Shown in pieces: positions 1-8,264 of a DNA stretch of 56,411 bases; the stretch's first letter is position 1; each line of letters starts with the position of its first letter. The notes beneath the pieces were generated by a model, which was not told the origin of the DNA, searched no databases, and saw only the letters and a list, made by a program, of their open reading frames with translations. This DNA comes from a virus (taxonomy: Duplodnaviria; Caudoviricetes). Location of the stretch: positions 1-56,411 of IMG/VR virus record IMGVR_UViG_3300032893_000056; one strand, written 5' to 3'. The position numbers and the translations under genes were made by a program.

Positions 1-52
1 GCAACTTCAAACATGGGTTCAAGCCCTCCAAGGTAAGTTTAGTTCCAAATAA
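1..52 (+). CDS. 3' end of endolysin (partial, duplicate of 53734-53785)
   Basis: Encodes QLQTWVQALQGKFSSK*, identical to the C-terminus of 53237..53785. Confidence 0.9.
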   Translation, partial: QLQTWVQALQGKFSSK

Positions 53-54
53 AT

Positions 55-78
55 AAGGCCCCGAAAGGGGCCTTTTTC
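55..78. terminator. Bidirectional intrinsic terminator between the convergent arms
   Basis: AAGGCCCC-GAAA-GGGGCCTT hairpin, T-run on + and A-rich flank on the other side, between convergent stop codons. Confidence 0.9.
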
Positions 79-79
79 T

Positions 80-235
80 CTACAGTTCCTCGTCTCCCTC
101 ATCCACGATCTCGATATCTTTGTACCACGTAACTCGAAGAAGTCCTATATCAGCATTCACTCCAAATCCCAGAGTCTCATTGTCAAAGTATTCGAGACCC
201 ACACTCGCACCCTTAATCAGTTGCCAAGTAATCAT
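80..235 (-). CDS. Small hypothetical protein (51 aa)
   Basis: Read manually: MITWQLIKGASVGLEYFDNE...EGDEEL, GGAG upstream; differences in copy B are synonymous. Confidence 0.75.
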   Translation of the reverse strand: MITWQLIKGASVGLEYFDNETLGFGVNADIGLLRVTWYKDIEIVDEGDEEL

Positions 236-249
236 GCTTCATGTCTCCG

Positions 250-2139
250 TTAGAGCCATTCGCAAGCGCCACTCGAACAGGCGTATTCTTGCGAACCATT
301 AGTTGTATCTTCAGCTTTCTCATAGCCATCGAACATATTCCAATCGATCGATGGGAAGTTCGCGGCTAATTGTTGATAGTCCGCTTCGGAAAGATCCTGA
401 TATGGAGCCTGTTGATATACGTGATCAGAATGCGGAAGGAACGATACACCACCCACATCATCCAAGTGCTTATATACCCAAGCACCAACATCCATCCATT
501 CATGTTCTTTTACGTAAACAGTAATACTAGGATTGTGTTCACACCAATGACGCTTGAAAGATAGATAATGTTCCAACTGTTCGATTGCACCACGGTCCGA
601 TCGGACCACGCTACCAGTTGGAGAAGCCACTGGAAAACTGAACACAAGATTAGAAGGATTAGTAACGTCAGTTTCACAAGGCACACCTTGGTCTTTTAGA
701 AAAGTAGCAAGAGGGTCTTTAACATCAGCCCGAACAGTGCGAATATAGTACGGATTGTGACGAGGATGAATCCCACTAGCAGAATCAACAAGCTGGCTAA
801 CCGTACCAGATGGCTTGATCGTTGTGATGGCTGCACTGGCAGGAATCTGTAGCTTCTCCGCCCAATCCTTGTTAGTCGATACCGCATGATTCTTCATCCG
901 TGTAAGCGTATCAGCCAACCCATCGCTATTGCTCCCGTTAAGAAGGCTGTTATCCATAATACCAGTAAGGCTGACACCAAGCAGACGCTCTTCTTCAGCA
1001 TTTATCCTCCATGCTTTTCGGAGGTATCGGAAGTCTGTGAGAGTGCTTTGAAAGGTTCCGAGAATCGTAGCGAGTTCAACCTTGTTGCACAGCGTCTCGC
1101 AAGTATCTCCTGCTCGTACAATGACTTCGCTAAGATTGCAAAATCCGTTGGGTCGAAGGATGATTTCTCCGCAAGGGTTCGTTCCAAAATCCCAATCCAC
1201 ATCTCGACGTCCTGTAGCGCCCGCTTGGCGCTTCGCGCTAACCCGATTAAAAATTCCTCGCTCACCACTCTTTGATTCATATAGTGCGTGCCACTCCTTC
1301 ATCCAAATTCCAACATCAGGTCGTTCTGTGTATGCTACGCTGTTGTTAGCCAGTGCTCGATGGCCACTACCTTCCCACCAAGCACCGTTTTTAGCGTTAC
1401 GCATCCGTTCGTCAGTAAGGTTACTGAGAGAGATAAGAGCACTCCGACGAACACCACCAACCACGACAATCTGAGCAATCTTACATACCAGATCATGACA
1501 CTCCAGAGAGTTTAGTTTTCGGCCCACGGCCTGTTTGAATAGTTGCTTAGTGAAGTTGAATAGGTCCACCAAAGGCGCAGGACCACTTGCTCTGCCTCCG
1601 AAAGTTTTAAGGCGCGCTCCCGCAGGTCGGACTCGGCTAACATCAAGTATCGGAGATTGTCCTGAATATAGGAGGGAGATGAGTTGGCGAAAAGCGCTAG
1701 CCCAACCTTGCTTAGAATCCGCGACAACAATAACTGTTTCTGAATCGTAAATTCGTTCTGGAACTTCTGGAAGTTTATTGATGTACTGTCGTTCGACACT
1801 GAAGCCTACTCCTGTACCATTCATAAGAATAAACATACACTCATCAAAAGCCTTGGGATCATCGATGGGCAGATAACTACAATTGTATCCAGCAATGTTA
1901 TCTCGTTCAAGGGCTGGGCCTGCCACCATCAGTGCCCGCATGCTGGGGACTACATCCAGATTGTAGATCCCCTCAAACACTCGCTGGTAGGGGAACACAT
2001 CCCCATATCGATTAGCCCAGAAGTCACAGTATCGTTGGACTGTTTCGGACCATCGCTCCCGACGACCCTCCTTCTCTAGCCAGCGTGCGTACCTCGATTT
2101 ATATACGTATTCCTGCAAATCTGTAGAGAAATCACTCAC
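250..2139 (-). CDS. nrdJ: Class II (adenosylcobalamin-dependent, monomeric RTPR-type) ribonucleotide reductase, allele A
   Basis: PSMR, YNCSY, GTGVGFSVE, VGGVRRSA, TNPCGEI catalytic motif, TIKPSGTVS, C-terminal CSSGAC redox pair; no beta subunit gene nearby. Confidence 0.92.
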   Translation of the reverse strand: MSDFSTDLQEYVYKSRYARWLEKEGRRERWSETVQRYCDFWANRYGDVFPYQRVFEGIYNLDVVPSMRALMVAGPALERDNIAGYNCSYLPIDDPKAFDECMFILMNGTGVGFSVERQYINKLPEVPERIYDSETVIVVADSKQGWASAFRQLISLLYSGQSPILDVSRVRPAGARLKTFGGRASGPAPLVDLFNFTKQLFKQAVGRKLNSLECHDLVCKIAQIVVVGGVRRSALISLSNLTDERMRNAKNGAWWEGSGHRALANNSVAYTERPDVGIWMKEWHALYESKSGERGIFNRVSAKRQAGATGRRDVDWDFGTNPCGEIILRPNGFCNLSEVIVRAGDTCETLCNKVELATILGTFQSTLTDFRYLRKAWRINAEEERLLGVSLTGIMDNSLLNGSNSDGLADTLTRMKNHAVSTNKDWAEKLQIPASAAITTIKPSGTVSQLVDSASGIHPRHNPYYIRTVRADVKDPLATFLKDQGVPCETDVTNPSNLVFSFPVASPTGSVVRSDRGAIEQLEHYLSFKRHWCEHNPSITVYVKEHEWMDVGAWVYKHLDDVGGVSFLPHSDHVYQQAPYQDLSEADYQQLAANFPSIDWNMFDGYEKAEDTTNGSQEYACSSGACEWL

Positions 2140-2317
2140 TCGTAATCTTCCTCCCCCTCATCGAAATATTCAAGCAATACATCGTATCGCTCCTCAATAT
2201 AATCTTCTAGTACCATAACCAATTCCGTACTTGTTACATTTAGCAACTCAATTAAAGTCAACTCATCCAATTGAGTAAGCGACGCTTTTAGTTCTTCTAG
2301 AGTTCTTTCATTAATCA
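2136..2317 (-). CDS. Small acidic hypothetical protein (MINERT...)
   Basis: Coupled to the RNR start; homologue at 56233-56411. Confidence 0.75.
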
Positions 2318-2727
2318 TATGTATTAATATATTTAATTGCTGCATTCATGATTGTGCTATCTTCTCGAAAGTAACCCAGCCCTACATTGCAAAAAGTACA
2401 AAGTAAGCCCCGGACGTTCCCCGTAGTATGATTGTGATCAACACATACTTTTGAATCTTCAAACAATTGGTTACAAATGGCACACCGATTTTCTTGTGCT
2501 TGGAGCAACTTATGGTATTGTTCGAGTGTTAATCCATAACGAACCTTTAAATTGCGTTTGAAAATATATTCTGGTGTCTCATTGACTTCTCGCCATTTTC
2601 TATTGGCTTCATTAATTTTCTGTGGATTTCGTTTATAATACTTCCGATTGTATTCATTTCGGCACGATTGGCACCACCGTTGTGATGGTGCTCGTGGGTT
2701 TATTTTACATTTTGAACAGAGACTCAT
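2311..2727 (-). CDS. Endonuclease VII-family (HNH-like) free-standing, probably homing endonuclease
   Basis: N-terminal CxxC..CxxC; YGLT..Y..L...Q..RCAIC..VDHNH.TG.VRGLLC..CN.GLG. Confidence 0.85.
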   Translation of the reverse strand: MSLCSKCKINPRAPSQRWCQSCRNEYNRKYYKRNPQKINEANRKWREVNETPEYIFKRNLKVRYGLTLEQYHKLLQAQENRCAICNQLFEDSKVCVDHNHTTGNVRGLLCTFCNVGLGYFREDSTIMNAAIKYINTYD

Positions 2728-3038
2728 TCGTACTTAATAGGTGGTTGAAACCATACGTTTAGTTTTAGCATTCGTGCCACTTGAAATTCCGCATTGGCAC
2801 CTTCACTCTTTTCCCATCCCCGAAGCAGATAGATCCCATCACAATCGCACAAAGCTTTCAGATCGATCCGCATACACTCGATGTAATCCGCTTCAGGGTC
2901 CGGATTCAGTTCTACTGGATTGACAACCTCATATCCAAGTTGCCGCAGAGTCTTAGCTGTTGCATTGAAAGCAGGGAAGTTCAACTCTGGATAACCCCGC
3001 ATGGGACCTGCTATATAATATTTAGGGAGAATTCTCAT
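2724..3038 (-). CDS. DUF4406-like protein (nucleoside 2-deoxyribosyltransferase-like fold)
   Basis: YIAGPMRGYPELNFPAF..NP..CDGIYLLRGWEKSEGANAE. Confidence 0.8.
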   Translation of the reverse strand: MRILPKYYIAGPMRGYPELNFPAFNATAKTLRQLGYEVVNPVELNPDPEADYIECMRIDLKALCDCDGIYLLRGWEKSEGANAEFQVARMLKLNVWFQPPIKYE

Positions 3039-3343
3039 TTGTTTAGATCATCCAAGTCAGGTCGGTTCTTCATCATGTGGGACAAGAACATTAGACAGCA
3101 TTGAGCGTGATCGACGTGAGGGAGGCCAGACTCTTCATCATAATACTCACCCCGTAGTATGGCAAATAGATGACGAAAAGCAGCAGCAATGAGGCGAGAA
3201 TAAACGATGCCACCTCGCCAATTATTTCTGGCATATTTTTTTGCACCGAACTCCAGTACCCTTGCAAGACCTTCCATAGCATCTGGGTCCAGAAGATCAA
3301 GTGGAACTTTTCCTTGATCATACTTGATTCCCTGTTCAGCCAT
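3035..3343 (-). CDS. dATP/dGTP diphosphohydrolase-domain (DUF5664-like) protein
   Basis: GIKYDQGK..DLL..VLEFGAKKYARNNW..RHL..DEESGLPHVDHA; start set at MAEQ after the RBS. Confidence 0.8.
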   Translation of the reverse strand: MAEQGIKYDQGKVPLDLLDPDAMEGLARVLEFGAKKYARNNWRGGIVYSRLIAAAFRHLFAILRGEYYDEESGLPHVDHAQCCLMFLSHMMKNRPDLDDLNK

Positions 3344-3557
3344 TAATCCTCTCTCCCAGCGGGCCATAGAATGTAGGTTTATCGGAGGCAGTTTCAAGTC
3401 GGGCCAATCGAGTTTGAATATCAAGAAGAGCTAGTCCAAGTGTGTTAAATGACATGGCATCAGCACGTACTACATCAGGAATCTCACCTGCACTATTGGC
3501 TATTCCGCCTGCTTGGTAGATGAGTTCCTGTAGTCTCTTCCAGTCTTCACTGTCCAT
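3336..3557 (-). CDS. Hypothetical protein
   Basis: Tightly packed in the operon. Confidence 0.6.
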   Translation of the reverse strand: MDSEDWKRLQELIYQAGGIANSAGEIPDVVRADAMSFNTLGLALLDIQTRLARLETASDKPTFYGPLGERING

Positions 3558-4314
3558 ACTTTTTCCTCAAATAGTCTAGGGGGACGTACATTTCATCAAA
3601 CTCACCATCAGACACATCATGAAGCATAACAACACCACGCCAGTGATTATTACCTTGTGGCCCGAGGTAATCTTCATTATGCTCATAGCAAGAGCCAGCA
3701 ATGATGCTAGTAATGCGTTTACCATCAGCACGGTAAGCAGATGCACTTTGTCTCCCCTGTTGGTGACCTGCAACACAGGACATATGCTTCTTATTCAGTT
3801 GGGCAGCAGCAGTGGAGGCAGGACGGCCAGCCACACCAGTGACAAAATAATGGCTGTAAGCAACACCATCAATAACAACAACCTCAAGAAACGGATGTAC
3901 TTCCCAACCAGCAGCTTCGTAGCCCAAGTCGCTGAGGTCAAGAGTCCCATCCAACTTGGGATCAGAATTAATAGCACGACTAATACGATCCTCGTGGTTT
4001 CCGAGTGTAAGAACTCGTCGAGGGTGGTACTGACGTTTGCCATTTCGGCGCTGCTTATCATTGTAAGCATTGAGGGGACCGAGGAGAACTGCCATACCAT
4101 TTTTAGCTGCCTCAATGTCAGACTTGTATCGACGGCCTTCAAACGACTTCTTGCCCACATCGTAACTACTCAACGAGGGCATGTCAGCAAAATCTCCGAT
4201 CTGGACAATCACATCTGGTTGCTTATCCACGATGTAGTGGCCAATATTTTCCAGAAATTTTAGATCATCCTGCGCGCGTAGCTGTGTATCCGGAATTACC
4301 AAGTGTTTCGTCAC
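3547..4314 (-). CDS. Calcineurin-like metallophosphoesterase
   Basis: IPDTQ, GDFAD, GNHEDR, SHY, AGHQQ motifs. Confidence 0.85.
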   Translation of the reverse strand: MTKHLVIPDTQLRAQDDLKFLENIGHYIVDKQPDVIVQIGDFADMPSLSSYDVGKKSFEGRRYKSDIEAAKNGMAVLLGPLNAYNDKQRRNGKRQYHPRRVLTLGNHEDRISRAINSDPKLDGTLDLSDLGYEAAGWEVHPFLEVVVIDGVAYSHYFVTGVAGRPASTAAAQLNKKHMSCVAGHQQGRQSASAYRADGKRITSIIAGSCYEHNEDYLGPQGNNHWRGVVMLHDVSDGEFDEMYVPLDYLRKKYGQ

Positions 4315-4505
4315 TGCATCTCCTCCGGAGGTTCGTGAACATCGTGAGCACTTCGGAATTCATTGGTAGCTGTAAAGGGAATCATCCCACCTTTAATTAA
4401 GGCTTCAAGGCCGATCTCCAATACAAAGGAGAGTTCCTTCCCTTCCAGAACTCCTTGAAATACTACCGAGCCATCTTCCTTCTCTACTGTGTGCTTGATC
4501 ATCAT
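4311..4505 (-). CDS. Hypothetical protein
   Basis: Start/stop overlaps with both neighbours. Confidence 0.6.
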   Translation of the reverse strand: MMIKHTVEKEDGSVVFQGVLEGKELSFVLEIGLEALIKGGMIPFTATNEFRSAHDVHEPPEEMQ

Positions 4506-4870
4506 CGTTTGAGCCATTCCTTTGGGATAGTATCTATCGTGGCCCAAGGAATCCCGTGCTTGTCACACCATTCCGCGTATGTTGTATTGGATGCGCGGTT
4601 TAACTTATTGTTAGGATTTTGGAAAATTAGATAGATGGTTAGTTCGGGGTGTTGTTCTTTAATATGAAGATGTTTGGCACGATCTGCACTTTGCATCAAC
4701 CCCTTAGTTTCACAATATACCCCTTCTCGTACTTTCCAGTCAGGGGTATAACTGTGTTCCACAGTGTACTTGATCTTATCTTTTTCATATTCAAGTTGTG
4801 GATACTTCTTAGCAAAGGTTGCCTCGAAGTTGCTCTTATATTTGTCGTTACGCTTCTTCCGTCGGGCCAT
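4502..4870 (-). CDS. Endonuclease I (T7 gp3-like Holliday junction resolvase)
   Basis: YKSNFE..YE..Y..YTPDW..ETKG..DR.KH..TTYAEWC.KHG. Confidence 0.88.
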   Translation of the reverse strand: MARRKKRNDKYKSNFEATFAKKYPQLEYEKDKIKYTVEHSYTPDWKVREGVYCETKGLMQSADRAKHLHIKEQHPELTIYLIFQNPNNKLNRASNTTYAEWCDKHGIPWATIDTIPKEWLKR

Positions 4871-5567
4871 TCGTCTCCTTTGGAGAGCTTCCACCTTGTG
4901 GAGTGGGGGCCTCCCACATTTTATTTTCTTCTCGAAGAATGTAAAGCAACTGGCAGTTCAGATGCAATCTTTCTTCGTTGTTGTATATCGCTCGCACAGC
5001 TTGGTACATGTCCCATTCGGTGGTGAGGTCGTCGATGATTTTTCCGGCGGTGACTGGTCCCATTCTTTTGAGTCCCGAGATAATGTTATCAGTTCGATCA
5101 CCGGTAAGAACAGAGCGATAAAAAGACCTAAGCCCATCAACAGTAGAGACCACATCAAACTCATTCTTTCTCCAGTTATAGTGGTTACCAGGAATCTGCT
5201 TCAAATCCTTATCAATGGAGCAAATGATAAAAGAATCGAGTCGGCTAGATGCGATACCGATTGCATCATCTGCCTCGTAGCCGTCAGTAACGGTTCCACC
5301 ATATTCAGTAACGATGTAAGCGTTTGCCTCTGCTCGGTATTGAGGTTCGGGTTTCCCTTTGCGGTTTGCCTTGTAATCTGGATAGATGCTATAACGGAAG
5401 TTATTAGATCCTGAAATAAAGCATTCAAAGTCGGTAGCTCCTGTAGTTTCTAGGATGCGCTTCATGAGATTATCAATATCCTCACGGCACGCATCCCAGC
5501 CCCACTGCTCATTGTACGCCGCACAACTGAATGCTACAATATCCGCGTCAATAAGAGCGACAGTCAA
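4848..5567 (-). CDS. 5'-3' exonuclease (T7 gp6/FEN-like)
   Basis: IDADIVAF, NFR..YKANR, YEADD, SIDKDL.QIPG, GDRTDNI. Confidence 0.9.
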   Translation of the reverse strand: MTVALIDADIVAFSCAAYNEQWGWDACREDIDNLMKRILETTGATDFECFISGSNNFRYSIYPDYKANRKGKPEPQYRAEANAYIVTEYGGTVTDGYEADDAIGIASSRLDSFIICSIDKDLKQIPGNHYNWRKNEFDVVSTVDGLRSFYRSVLTGDRTDNIISGLKRMGPVTAGKIIDDLTTEWDMYQAVRAIYNNEERLHLNCQLLYILREENKMWEAPTPQGGSSPKETNGPTEEA

Positions 5568-5569
5568 TA

Positions 5570-5776
5570 TTAGACCTCAAAGGTAAGGGTTTTAGTCTTT
5601 TCCTTGATCACGAAAGCAGCTTTCATCGCAGAATCTTCATCAAAAAAGAAACCAGCACTATCCCAATATGTTTGTTGAAGTCCACCACCAGCATCGTAAC
5701 TACGCTCATACATCAGTTCGTATGCATCTTCCCCACTATAATGACGATTAGGCCGCCACTCAATCTTACATTTCAT
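5570..5776 (-). CDS. Hypothetical protein
   Basis: Start MKCKIEW right after the upstream stop. Confidence 0.55.
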   Translation of the reverse strand: MKCKIEWRPNRHYSGEDAYELMYERSYDAGGGLQQTYWDSAGFFFDEDSAMKAAFVIKEKTKTLTFEV

Positions 5777-5777
5777 A

Positions 5778-6032
5778 TTAGTACACGTCTCCATTAAGTG
5801 CCTTCTTTTGGTCCTCATAAGGCACAGCCACACGCCTATAGAATTCCTGCTTGGCACATTCAAGGACACCAATGATCTCATTGATACCACGATACGATTT
5901 GGTATCCATCGTATCCGCAAGGAACCGAGTGATTACGTAGTTGGCGATACCCGGACTGATCAGTTGGATATTCAGCAGTTCGTTCAGGGCGGGATCAACC
6001 AACTCCTGCTCCGATTGGTTGATGTATGGCAT
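5778..6032 (-). CDS. Conserved phage protein (DUF6899-like)
   Basis: MPYI..G.ANY.IT..Y..INE.IGVLECAKQEFYRR...PYED.K...NGDVY. Confidence 0.7.
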   Translation of the reverse strand: MPYINQSEQELVDPALNELLNIQLISPGIANYVITRFLADTMDTKSYRGINEIIGVLECAKQEFYRRVAVPYEDQKKALNGDVY

Positions 6033-6033
6033 G

Positions 6034-6204
6034 TTACTTACCCCGGACCTTCTTCAAAGCGGGATTAGCCTTCTTCGCCGCAGGGGATGCCTTACGAGTA
6101 GCGCTAGCAAGAATGGCACCAGCACGATCCTTACTTACACCCTCTTCCTTTGCAATCTTATTTTGAACACTGGCAAAGCCAGGATGCGATTTTTTACCGG
6201 CCAC
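6034..6204 (-). CDS. Small basic protein
   Basis: GGAGG then GTG start; K/A-rich, HPGFASVQNKIAKEEGVSKDRAGAILA. Confidence 0.7.
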   Translation of the reverse strand: MAGKKSHPGFASVQNKIAKEEGVSKDRAGAILASATRKASPAAKKANPALKKVRGK

Positions 6205-6358
6205 GAGAATTCCTCCGTTGGGGTTTAGTTGCTTTGCCTTGATCGGCATTATTAAATTCACGACCTACAGATTGGGGTACTCCAACCTTCTTTGCAAAGC
6301 CGGGCGAATGCGCAACAGCCGCCATGAAGCGCTTTTGTTTAGGCGTCTTGCTTGGCAT
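6194..6358 (-). CDS. Small basic protein (54 aa, below the ORF-track cutoff)
   Basis: Read manually: MPSKTPKQKRFMAAVAHSPGFAKKVGVPQSVGREFNNAD...; fills the gap with overlaps on both sides. Confidence 0.7.
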   Translation of the reverse strand: MPSKTPKQKRFMAAVAHSPGFAKKVGVPQSVGREFNNADQGKATKPQRRNSRGR

Positions 6359-6545
6359 CTTCCACTACCTTTTCAGTATCTGCTGCAACAGTTTCAATCT
6401 TCTTTACTTCCTCTTCAGTTTGCGCCACCACGGTGTTGTGGTTGAAGAGCGCGTCAACCTTAGCCTCCAGAGTGACCAAACGCTGATGGACAGCATCAAA
6501 ACCAGCAATAACTTCATTCTTGAACTTCCCAATAAATCCGAACAT
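6339..6545 (-). CDS. Hypothetical coiled-coil protein
   Basis: GGAG upstream of MFGFIGKF. Confidence 0.6.
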   Translation of the reverse strand: MFGFIGKFKNEVIAGFDAVHQRLVTLEAKVDALFNHNTVVAQTEEEVKKIETVAADTEKVVEDAKQDA

Positions 6546-6606
6546 ATCACTTATCTCCGAAATAAAATCAACAATCTTAACTACTGCTGCGACTTTCAAA
6601 AGAAGA

Positions 6607-7170
6607 TCAGAAGGGGATATCCTCAGCGATGTCTTCAATGAGCCCAGAGTCTGTAGCAATCTTCGAAAAAGCTTCAGTATCAGTACCAAAAACGTACGAC
6701 TCAAGCTGCTTAGCCAGACCAATGATTTCCTCCGCTTTAAGAACGTTCTTGTCCGTCTTCAGGGCCGCTACCGCTGTGCTCAGGCTGCTCTGGCGGATGA
6801 TGTACACTTGCTTCTTGGCTCGCTCCTCCGGAGTCTCCCAACCACCTTTTGAAGTGGCAGTCGATGCATGAGGTGAGCCCGGCGCCGATTTCGAAACCTG
6901 TCCCCCCGCAGCGGGAGCACTCCCCTTCACTGCCTTTACCCAATCGTTGTACCCCTTATCGTTCTTGACGACTTCAATCTCATACACATCCGACGGCTTG
7001 GCTGACTGCATCGTGATTGCAGTATCCTTCCCTGCACCAAACGGCATCAGCTTCTTGGACTCCACCTTCCCGTTAAACGACAGATTCTTGTAGGCAACTT
7101 CCACAACTTGGTACGGACCCTTGGCACCTTGAACGGTATCCGTGGTAGCACTCAGAACTTGAATTTGCAA
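6607..7170 (-). CDS. Probable single-stranded DNA-binding protein
   Basis: Beta-rich N-terminus, G/S/A linker, acidic tail ending EDIPF, located beside the polymerase; AAGGAG RBS with TTG start. Confidence 0.6.
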   Translation of the reverse strand: MQIQVLSATTDTVQGAKGPYQVVEVAYKNLSFNGKVESKKLMPFGAGKDTAITMQSAKPSDVYEIEVVKNDKGYNDWVKAVKGSAPAAGGQVSKSAPGSPHASTATSKGGWETPEERAKKQVYIIRQSSLSTAVAALKTDKNVLKAEEIIGLAKQLESYVFGTDTEAFSKIATDSGLIEDIAEDIPF

Positions 7171-7196
7171 AACGCTCTCCTTAGTTGATATGATAT

Positions 7197-7225
7197 ATCT
7201 TATATTAGATTGTTACGAAAAGCAA
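7197..7225 (-). promoter_or_regulatory. Putative sigma70 promoter for the SSB
   Basis: TTGCTT-17bp-TAAGAT in an AT-rich gap. Confidence 0.5.
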
Positions 7226-7944
7226 GCATCTCGTGTAATTTTTTCCATGTTCTTGAGATCCATGCCGAACTTCACCTCACAGTCGAGGGGAACGACCCAC
7301 TCGTAACCGAAACATCTCTTGATGTTGGCGATCAGATCATCGAACACTTCGTAAAACAAGCGTGCGATCTGGGAAATATACTGAGCCTCCGCATCGATCA
7401 CAATCGAATCGTGTACGGTGGAAACAACCAAGGCTGGGATTCCACTTGATTTCAGTCGCCGGAAGAAGCTGATCCGGGCAATCATCATAACATCCGCACC
7501 TGTGCCCTGCACCGGGTAGTTCGTCAGAGTTGTCCATGGTATCTTTATCTCTCCCGATGGGCTACGACCAAGGTTGATGATCCACTGCCTTCCACTCGGA
7601 CCCTCCAATGGCCTTCCGGCAACGACACTGTTGCACCATTGTTTGTGGCACTTATCGATTCCGGAATACTTGGAGTAGAACTTTTCTCCGATTCCATCCC
7701 AGAACTTTGGATCGTTAGAGACGTGAGTAAAGGCTGGATCGTGCGCAAATGACCAACCACTTCCTCGATAGATTGTGCGGAAGAGATAGATCTTTGCAAT
7801 GAGGCGAGAAGGCAGATCAAATGATGCTTGGTTGAGACTATGTGTATCCGCTCCTGCAAGGACTTCAGCAATTCCTGTTGAGTCACGACTCATCTCCAGT
7901 AGTACGCGCCACTCAAGCTGGCTTGCGTCCGCTTGTATTAGCAA
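7213..7944 (-). CDS. Family A DNA polymerase, C-terminal part (palm/fingers)
   Basis: Motif A ADASQLEWR, motif B RLIAKIYLFRTIY, NYPVQGTGAD, motif C TVHDSI. Confidence 0.9.
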   Translation of the reverse strand: MLIQADASQLEWRVLLEMSRDSTGIAEVLAGADTHSLNQASFDLPSRLIAKIYLFRTIYRGSGWSFAHDPAFTHVSNDPKFWDGIGEKFYSKYSGIDKCHKQWCNSVVAGRPLEGPSGRQWIINLGRSPSGEIKIPWTTLTNYPVQGTGADVMMIARISFFRRLKSSGIPALVVSTVHDSIVIDAEAQYISQIARLFYEVFDDLIANIKRCFGYEWVVPLDCEVKFGMDLKNMEKITRDACFS

Positions 7945-7947
7945 TAA

Positions 7948-8133
7948 TTAGACTCCGATAATGCCGTTATCATCTCCCTTAATCTCTCGAAGTTTGATCT
8001 GCAACTTCAATTCATCGAAAGTTTCCTTCGGAAGACCTTGAACAAAATCATAAAAATTATCACTGTACTCAAGAAGAACGAACATATCGTTCAACATCTT
8101 CTCTTCATTTAGCCGGGATTTGCTGCGAGCCAT
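7948..8133 (-). CDS. Hypothetical protein between the polymerase halves
   Basis: GGAG RBS, tight packing. Confidence 0.6.
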   Translation of the reverse strand: MARSKSRLNEEKMLNDMFVLLEYSDNFYDFVQGLPKETFDELKLQIKLREIKGDDNGIIGV

Positions 8134-8264
8134 GTGGTGATCTCCGCATTTTGTTCATTAAGATTTTGAATCATCGCCAACAGATTGGTAATGTCCGCCT
8201 GATAGGCAGCCAATTGCTGTTGGTTATTCTGAAGGAGTTGTTGTAGTACTTGTTGAATTGTCAA
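8109..8264 (-). CDS. Small Q-rich coiled-coil protein between the polymerase halves (51 aa)
   Basis: Read manually: GAGG, TTG start overlapping the pol stop; MTIQQVLQQLLQNNQQQLAAYQADI... Confidence 0.55.
   Translation of the reverse strand: MTIQQVLQQLLQNNQQQLAAYQADITNLLAMIQNLNEQNAEITTWLAANPG

Larger units (their letters stand above)
1..2317. repeat. Copy A of a duplicated segment (endolysin end, terminator, small ORF, RNR, 60-aa ORF); copy B is at 53734-56411
   Basis: 1-127 is identical to 53734-53860, first mismatch at 128 (c vs a); the rest is homologous but diverged. Confidence 0.95.

Noticed and set aside
1-127. True direct terminal repeat of the virion DNA
   Set aside because: It starts inside the endolysin gene, its length equals a common assembly k-mer, and it does not lie at the window end; real termini are more likely near 27.7-28.1 kb
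2724-4314. 2-aminoadenine (dZ) or other base-modification pathway
   Set aside because: A dATP/dGTP hydrolase-like gene is present, but I found no PurZ-like synthetase or other base-modification enzymes
7945-8260. Group I intron or intein splitting the polymerase
   Set aside because: The gap is fully occupied by two RBS-bearing ORFs, part 2 has its own RBS, and no intron core or intein motifs are visible
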